This document shows positions 50,801-59,800 of a stretch of 64,000 nt of DNA, piece by piece. The notes below the pieces were generated by a model. The model saw only the letters and a list, made by a program, of their open reading frames with translations, was not told the origin of the DNA and did no database searches. The DNA comes from Mobula hypostoma (lineage: Eukaryota), in NCBI RefSeq assembly GCF_963921235.1, contig NC_086097.1:43278001-43342000 (forward strand). The letters run 5' to 3'. The stretch's first letter is position 1. The number at the start of each line of letters is the position of its first letter. A program made the position numbers and the translations under genes.

Positions 50801-53800
50801 TGGCTGTCTCAGATTGATTGAGTGCTTTCTCCAACACTGCATCTCTGACAGTCTTGTCACAGTTGCTCATTAGACACCTAGACCAGATTGGTGAGAACGC
50901 ATAGTCTAAATATGAGACCGAGAATTTATTTTGGAAAATATAAGAATAATAGCAAAGATTCTAAATGATAATTTTGTACTGGGATTCATGCTAGGAGACA
51001 TTAAAAACATTCATACAGCAGTATATAGTCAAAAGGCTATAGGGATGGTGAAGTAAATCTTTTGCTAGATAAAAAAGGTGCTAGGTAAACAAGTGTGGCT
51101 GAAGTCTAACAGGTTCCCTGGATATGATGGCCTACATCCTACAACGTCTAAAGAAGTGCCTGCAGAGGAGGTGGAAGTATTGGCTATAATCTAGCAAAAA
51201 TACCAGGATTCTGAGAGGTCCTAAAGGACCAGAAAAAGCAAATACAATACCATCTGCACATTGATGAGGGCTTCTCGATTGGAGCTGAAACGTCTGCAAA
51301 CATTTTGCCAAGCTCGGCGATCAGCCAAGTTTCCAAATAGTCAATCCGGGCTACCAATATTCTGCACCTTCAACTGCGCGCTGATGACAGCTGCTGGATT
51401 GAAGCCGAAACGTCTGCAAACATTTTGCCAAGCTCGGTGATCAGCCAAGTTTCCAAATAGCCCATCTGAGCTACCAATATTCTGCACCTTCAACTGCGCA
51501 CTGATGATGGCTGCTCAATGGGAGCTGAAACGTCTGCAAACATTTTGCCAAGCTCAGCAATCAGTCAAACTTCCAAATAGCCAACCTGAGCTACCAATAT
51601 TCTGTAATATTTCAATCAATACCACTGTTCAAGAAAGGAGGGTGACAGAAAATAGGCCGGTTAGTCTAAAATCAGTTGCAACTTATTCTCTCACATGGCC
51701 ATCAATTGATGTTTGAGTATTGCTAGCATTTCTTGTTTATCCTGAAATACTATTTGAAGTGCTTCCATTGGGAACCTGACATTACCTCTATGGGAAATGT
51801 TTCAGCATAGTAAATGAGTAAGGACAGAAGAGGGCATTATAGAGTTGTGGCTGAAAGAAAATTACAGTTGGGAGCCAAACATTAGACCATAAGATGATAT
51901 GAAGATAGATGGATGGACAGGTAGTGTTGAGGAAGCAGAGAGGCTGCAGAATAACTTGGACCGGTTTGGAGAATGGGCAAAGAAGTGTTAGATAGAATAC
52001 AGTGTTGAGATGTGTATTGTCGTGCACTTTGGTAGAAGAAATAAAAACATAAACTATTTTCTAAATGGAAAAAAAATTCAAAAATCTGAGGTACAGAGAT
52101 ACTTGGGAGTCTTTCGTACAGGATTCTCTAAAGGTGAACTTGCAGGTTGAGTTGGTGGTAAGGAAAGCAGATGCAGTGTTAGCATTCATTTCGAGAGGAC
52201 TAAAATATAAAAGCAAGGATGAAGTGCTAAGACTTTATAAGATATTGGTCAGACTACACTTGGAGTACAGTGAGTAGTTTTGAGCTCCTTATCTAAGAAA
52301 AGATGTGCTGGCGTTGGAGAGGGTCCAGAGGAGGTTCACAAGAATTATTCTGGGAAACATACGGTATGAAGAGCATTCGATGACTCTGGACCTGCACCCA
52401 CTGGAGTTTAGAATGAGGAGAGAACTTATTGAAGATTGAAGGGTCTGGAGAGAGTGGATGTGTGGAGGATGTTTCCTGTGGTGGGGGAGTCTAGGAGCAA
52501 TGGACACAGCCTCAGAATGGAGGGATGTTCATTTAGAACAGAGACGAGGTGGAATTCCCTTAGCCAGAGGATAGTGTATCTGTGGAATTCATTGCCACAG
52601 ACATTTGTGGAGGCCAAGTCATTGAGTATATTTAAGGCAGAGGTTGATAGATTCCTGATTAATCAGTACATGAAGGGTTATTGGAAGAAGGCAGGAGATT
52701 GAGGTTGAGAGGGAAATGGATCAGTCATGATGAAACAGTGGAGCAGACTCAATGGGCCATATGGCCTAATTCTGGTCCTATATCTTATGGTCTTATAAGA
52801 ATGACTCTTGCAGAACACCACTAGTCACCATCAGCTAACCAGAAAAGACCCTAATTTATTCCCACTCTATGCCTTCTGCTGGTCAGCCAATCTTCTATCC
52901 ATGCTAGTACCTTTCCTGTAAGACCATGAGCTCTTGTTACGCAGCCTCATGTGGGCACTTTGTCAAAGGCCTTCTGAAAATCTAAGTAGACAACATTCAC
53001 TGACTCTCCTTTGTGTCATCTTGCCTGTTATTTCCTCAAAGAACTCCTAAAAATCTGTTAGGCAAGATTTTCCCTTAAGGAAGCCATGCTGACTGACCTA
53101 TTTTATCATGTGCCTTCCATACCCAAAAACCTCATCCTTAATAATAGACTCCATCTTCCTAACCTCTGAAGACAGATTAACTGACCTATAATTTCATTTC
53201 TTCTGCCTCCCTTCCTTTCTAGAGAGTGGAATGACATTTTTAATTATCCATTCCTCTGGAAACTTTCCAGAATCTAGTGATTGTTGAAAGATCATGACCA
53301 ATGCCACCACAATCTCTTCAGCTACCTCTTTCAGAAAGAACCCTGGGGTGTAGTCCATCTGGTCCAGGTAACTTATCTACCTTCAGATCTTTCAGCTTCC
53401 CAAGCACCTTCTCCTTATTAGTAGCAACTACATTCACTTCTCTCCCTTGACACTCTTGAATTTCTGTCATATTGCTAGTGTCTTCCACAGTGATGACTGA
53501 TGCAAAATATTTAAGTTCCTCAACCATTTATTGTCCCCCCCCCACTACCTCTCCAGCATCATTTTCCAGCAGTCCAATATCCACTCTCACTTCTCTTTCA
53601 CTCTATATATCTGAAAAAACTTTTGCTATCCTCTTTTATATTATTGGCTAGCTTACCTTTATATTTCTTTTTTTTCCCCTATGGCTTTTTAAATTGCACT
53701 CTCTTAGTTTTTAAAAGCTTCCAAATCCTCTAATTTCCCACTTGGATTTGCACCCAGGGCACACATCCTCATGAAAAGATGGAATGGGGTGGCTCTTTTG

Positions 53801-56800
53801 GTTGAAACAGTGAAATTGCATTCTTGCAAGAGGTAACATAGGATCAGAAGATCTAGAATACTTATGGTAGAGTTAAGAAAAATTTCTGATAGGAGTAATA
53901 CACAGGGCTCTGAATTATAGCCAGGATATGGGGTACAAATAACAAAAGGTGAATGAGATGGGATGGAAAAAAAGATAATGTTTTTGTGTTCGTGGAGGAC
54001 TTTAATATGCAGGTAGATTGGGAAAATCAGTTTGGCATTGGACATGATATAACTTTTTTAGAGGAGCTTATAGTTGAGCCCACTAGGGAAAAAGCAATTC
54101 TGGATTTGTACAATGAACGAGATTTGATTAGGGAGCTTAAGATAAAGGAATCCTTAGGAAGCAGTGATCATAATATGATCGTATTCACTCTACAGTTTAA
54201 GAGAGGGAAGCTAAAATTGGCTCCATTTCCAAGGAAGGGTATGCTGGCACTGGAACTTTATGAGAATGATTCCAGGGATGAGAGAAAAAACTTGAGTAAC
54301 ATTTGATGGCTTTGGGCATGTACTTACTAGAATTAGGGGAGTGGGGAAGGCGTATAATCTCATGGAAACCTACCAAATATTGAATGGTCTGGATAGAATG
54401 GATGTTCTCACAAGTGTGAGAGTCTAGGACCAGAAGGCATAGCCTCAGAATAGAAGGATGTCCCTTTAGAATAGAGATGAGGAGGATTGTAGCCAGAGTG
54501 TGGTGAATCTGTGGAATTCTTTGCCTCACAATTGTGGAGGTAAAGTCATTGGGTATTATTTACAGCAAAGTTTATGGGGAGGATGCAGGAGAAGGGGATT
54601 GAGAGGGAAAAATAAATCAGCCATGATCCAATAGGGGAGCAGACACACTGGGCCGAATGGCCTGATTTTCTATCTTATGACAATGAAATGAAAGCCTTGA
54701 TGTCAAATTAAGGAAAGATATACCTCAACAGTAAGCCCAAATTGCCTTTCTGCTATTGTCACCATTTTTCTGAAATCTTTCCACTATAGTGGCTAAAATG
54801 TGATAGGCATAGCAAACTTTGCACGTACAGTATCCAAATAAGAAGAAGAAATAAGGCTGCAGAGATTGACCCTGCTGCAGCTATGTGCTTTCTTCTGCAA
54901 GGCCCACTCTCAGTGTTAAATGCAGAAATATGAATCAGTTTTATAGAAGAGATGTACATTGCGGATTAATAATATTCCAGTGCTCTCTTCAAGCTTCATA
55001 TGTGTGTGTATTACTCAAGGGATTTTGTAAAGGTTGTCATGTTCAGAAAACCAGCTTTCATGTTACTAGATAGCTATCTTTGTGGAATTCTGAGTGAGAT
55101 TATCTTTATAAATTGTCAACTCTTATTTGTTGACCCTTCTTCCAACCACTACCTATGAAACCAAGGAAATTAACATAAACAAATGAAGTGTGCGCTAAGA
55201 TTCTTCTCCAAAACTGATTTCTAAAGCAGTATTTTTTTGTTTATGAAGGTGATATTGAAAACTGCTTCATGTTTTAAAAATACTGGATTTACTGTTGCAG
55301 CAAAACTTGCTGAAGTTGGCAGATTTTGGTTCCTGCAGGAGTATGTTCTCAAAGCAGCCATATACAGAATATATTTCCACCCGATGGTATCGAGCCCCAG
55401 AATGCCTACTTACTGATGGGTACTACAGCTTCAAAATGGACATCTGGAGCACAGGCTGTGTTTTCTTTGAAATAACCAGGTGACTTTCAAACTTTTTAGT
55501 CCTGATGCATAACCATCATTAATGGAAAAACATTAGTATTTTTGAACCATTTGATATCTCAGAACGGTGGTAGAACTAGTGAACCAATAGAGTATTAGAA
55601 TGGTCAACTTTAATTCTAAATTTTAACATGTTGTGGCTGTACCTCTACGCAGCTAAATACCAAAGTTCAGTAAAAATTCACCAACCAAAAGTTATAGTAT
55701 TATTAATATGTAACACTAAAATAATGAGATCTATCATAAGTAGGTTACAGGTATTTCAGTGGAGTGCACACTTCATGCTCAGAATTTCAGATTATATGTG
55801 ATGTAAATATAGTTTATTTTGTTTCTTCTCAAATGACGTTGTCAGGCATGATTTCGTTGAATGCACTCTCATTCCAAAGTGGAAAATTTGAATATTGAGG
55901 ATATATTCCAGAGGCTAGTAGACAAAAATCTACAATAGGTTGATTGTTAATGCACAAAATGAATGAATATCATTTCCATGATATTATTTTGAAAGAGACT
56001 GTCCTCGTAAATATTATTCAGTCAACATCACAAACAAAAAAAAAAATCAGCTGGTCATTATTTAACTATTGTTTGGGGAACCTTCCTGTATGCAATTTGT
56101 CCATCATATTTCCTACATTACAAATGTAAGCCTTCATAAAACCTTTGGTAATGGTAACCATATAAATCCCGATTTCCTTTATTTGAGGAAGCAGCCATGG
56201 AACAGAAAAAAATAATTTGACTCAAGAAGAACCCCGTTCATGGTTTGTTTTCCATCTGTGCGGGAAGATTATTAAAAAATCGCAATTCTTTTAGTGAAAC
56301 TGCAAACTCAAAAAACCCCAAAATTATAATAATAAATAAGCAATAAAATTGAAAGCATGAGTTGAGGAGTCCTTGAAAGTGAGTCCAAAGTTTGTGGGAT
56401 CAGTGTTGAAGTTATCCCCTCTGATTTAACAGCCTGATAGCTGAGGGGTAGTAGCTGTTTCTGAACATGGTGGTGTGGGACCTGAGGCTCATGTACCTCC
56501 TTCCTGATGGCAGTAGTAAGAAAAAGCATGGTATGGATGGTGGGGTCCTTGGTAGTGGATGCTGCTTTCCTGCAACAGCACTTCCGAAAGATGTGCTCAA
56601 TGGTGTAGAGGGCTTTACCTGTGATGGCCTGGGCTGACCCACTACTCTTTATGGGCTTTTTCATTCAAGAGCATTGCTGTTTCCATACCAGACTATGATG
56701 TAACCAATCAGTATACTCTCCACCATGCATCTGTAGAATTTGTCAAAGTTTTAGATGACATGCCTAATTATTGCAAACTTTCTTAAGCATTGTACTATTT

Positions 56801-59800
56801 TTTAAAACTTGATGTTTTATGCTTTATATGGAGGCCAAGTCTTTATGTATATTTAAGGCAGAAGTTGATAGATTCTTGATTGATCAGGACATGAAGGGAT
56901 TCAGGGAAAAGGCAGGAGATTAGAGCTGAGAGGGAAAATAGATCAGCCATGATGAAATGGCAGAGGAGACTCGATGGGTCAAATGGTCCAATTCTGCTCC
57001 TATATCATATGGTCTTATGGTGAAAGGTCACTCAGATCTCTGAAGACCAATGTTTTCTAGTTTATTACCATATTAATATTTTCTGTTTTTCTTTTCTTTT
57101 CACTTTATAATATATTTTGTATTTCCTCACATCATGTTCCATTAGCCACATTTATTCTCATTTAACATTGCAGACTCTGAATCCACTTTTACTTGTTTGT
57201 ATATCATTGCTAAACATGGATACCTAATGGGATCCTTTAATTGAACGTTATAGGTTGTAAGTAGTCAAATCACTGTACTTCTGTTTGTGGCACTGCATTA
57301 GTAACAGCCAGCCAATCTTTCTTAGAAGTTTGTGCGGATTCGGCACTTTGACAAACTTCTGTAGATACTCAGTGGAGAATCCTGACTGGTTGCACTGGTT
57401 GGCCTGGTAAGGAAACACTAGTGTCCAAGAATGGAAAAGTCTACAAAAAGAGGTGGATACAGCTCAGTCTATCACAAGAAAAATCTTCCCTAGCATAGAG
57501 CAAATCTACAAGGAGCACTGCCACAAGAAAGCTGCATCATTGTAAAGGACCACCACCAACTAAACCATGCTGCCATCGGGAAGGAGGCACAGGAGTCTTA
57601 GGTCCCAGACGACCCAGTTCAGGAACAGTTATTACCTTTCAACCATCAGGGTCCTTAACCAGCATGGAATACTTCACTCGCCTCAACACAGAACGGATCA
57701 CCGGACACAACCTAATGACTCACTATCAAGGACTCTACAACTCATGTTCTCAGTATTATTTCTTATTATTATTTTTATATTTGCACAGTTTATCTTTTGT
57801 GCATTGGTTGCCTGTCAGTCTTTGTGTGTTATTTTCCATTGATTCTATTGTATTCCTTTGTTCTACAGCAAATGCCTGCAAGAAGATGAATCTCTGGTAC
57901 TTTGATAATAAATTTACTTTGAATTTTGATTCTCATGGACTCAAAAATGAAGTGCTTTCACTCTGGTTTTGTTAACTTTAAAGTCGCTAATGAGCCAACG
58001 TGGTTCAAAATAAACCAGACTCCATAGTGATTAATGGATAATTTGTGAGATAGTAGGACTCAGCTCAGAGCCTCAAGTTCTTTAGTGCATATGTTCCAAC
58101 CCTGAAAGCTATAAATGAACCTAGGAAATAGTTCTGCTCCACTTTTGATAAAATTCTGGCCTGCATCTCAAAGGGATACAAACTGATCTTCCTAGGTAAC
58201 TTCAACACCAGGGTTGTAAACTCTGCCACAGGTGTGACAGGCAAAGGAAGAACTGGAAGCTAACCTTAAGGAGTTAATCACTTGAGAACAAATATCACTT
58301 CAATATCAGTGCAGTACAATACAGGCCCTTCGGCCCACAAAGCTGTACCAAACATGTCCTTCTCCAGCACCACTGCCGGCAGCCCATTCCACGCACTCAC
58401 CACTCTCTGTGTTTATATAAAAAAAAACTTACCCCTTACATCTCCTCTGTACCTACTTCCAAACACCTTAAAACTGTGCCCTCTCGTGCTAGCCATTTCA
58501 GCCTTGCGGGAAAAAACCTCTGACTATCCACATGATCAATGCCTCTCATCATCTTATACACCTCTATCAGGTCACCGCTTATCTTCCGTCGCTCCAAGGA
58601 GAAAGGGCTGAGTTCACTCAACCTATTTTCATAAGGCCTGCCCCCCCAATCCAGGCAACATCCTTGTAAATCTCCTCTGCACCCTCTCTATGGTTTCCTC
58701 CACGTCTTTCCTGTAGTGAGGCAACCAGAATTGAGCACAGTACTCCAAGTGGGCTCTGACCAGGGTCCTATATAGCTGCAACATTACTTCCTGGCTCCTG
58801 AACTCAATCCACAATTGATGAAGGCCAATACACTGTCTGCCTTCTTAACCACAGAGTCAACCTGCGCAGCTGCTTTGAGTGTCCCATGGGTTCAGACCCC
58901 AAGATCCCTCTGATTCTCCACACTGCCAAGAGTCTTACCATTACCAGATCTTGCTGCACTACACCCACCCCTTTCCCCAGAATCATTGCTTCAGTTACAT
59001 TCATCTGGTTGATGAACAGGCCTTGTTATTTATATGACTGACAACAGACTTCCAGACAGGCACTCAACTACAAGTTCTGTCACAGCAAGAGAAGAAATGA
59101 TTCAAGGATGATCTGAATGAGTCCCTGAAAAAAGTGCAAGGTCACTTTCTATTTTTGGAATCCTTGGCCAACAGCTGCTCGAAATGGAGGAACATTGATG
59201 TTTCCACTGAGAACTTTGAGGCACCTACAAACCATGCCAAAGTCCAATGAGAGCAGCAGATGCTGTGCACCATCGACCACACTGCCAATCAATCCAATTC
59301 ATCACGCGCCTCATGCTCCATTGGTGGCGGCGCCTCTGGATCCCACATTAGTTCATCAGCCTCAGAACCAATGGAATAGGAACAGAAGTAAATTAAAGTA
59401 AATTTATCAAGGTACATATATGTCAACGGATGCTACCCTGAGATTCATTTTCTTGCAGCCATACACATTAAATCTAAGAGACATAATAGAATCGATGGAA
59501 GACCCCACCCAACAGGATGGATGAACGACCAATGTGCAAAACACAACAATCTATGCAAATACAATGAAAAGGAGAAATAATAAAATATAAACAATTTAAT
59601 ATAAATATCAAGAACATGAGATGAGGATTCCTTGAAAGTGAGTCCATAGGTTGTGGGAACCTTTCAGTGATGGGGCGGGTGAAGTTATCCACACTGGTTC
59701 AAGAGCCTGATGGATGAGGGGTAATGACTGTTTCTGAATCTGATGGTAAAAGTCTTCAGGCTCCTATATCATCTTCCTGATGGCAGCAGCGAGAAGAAAA

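Noticed and set aside
51253..51616. CRISPR-like repeat-spacer array
   Set aside because: Whole 120-nt units are repeated with no unique spacers, the context is eukaryotic, and there are no cas genes.
55301..55479. MAK/ICK or ERK identity for the kinase
   Set aside because: The combination [32 protein letters not shown] and the exon sizes fits MOK; MAK and ICK have TDY.
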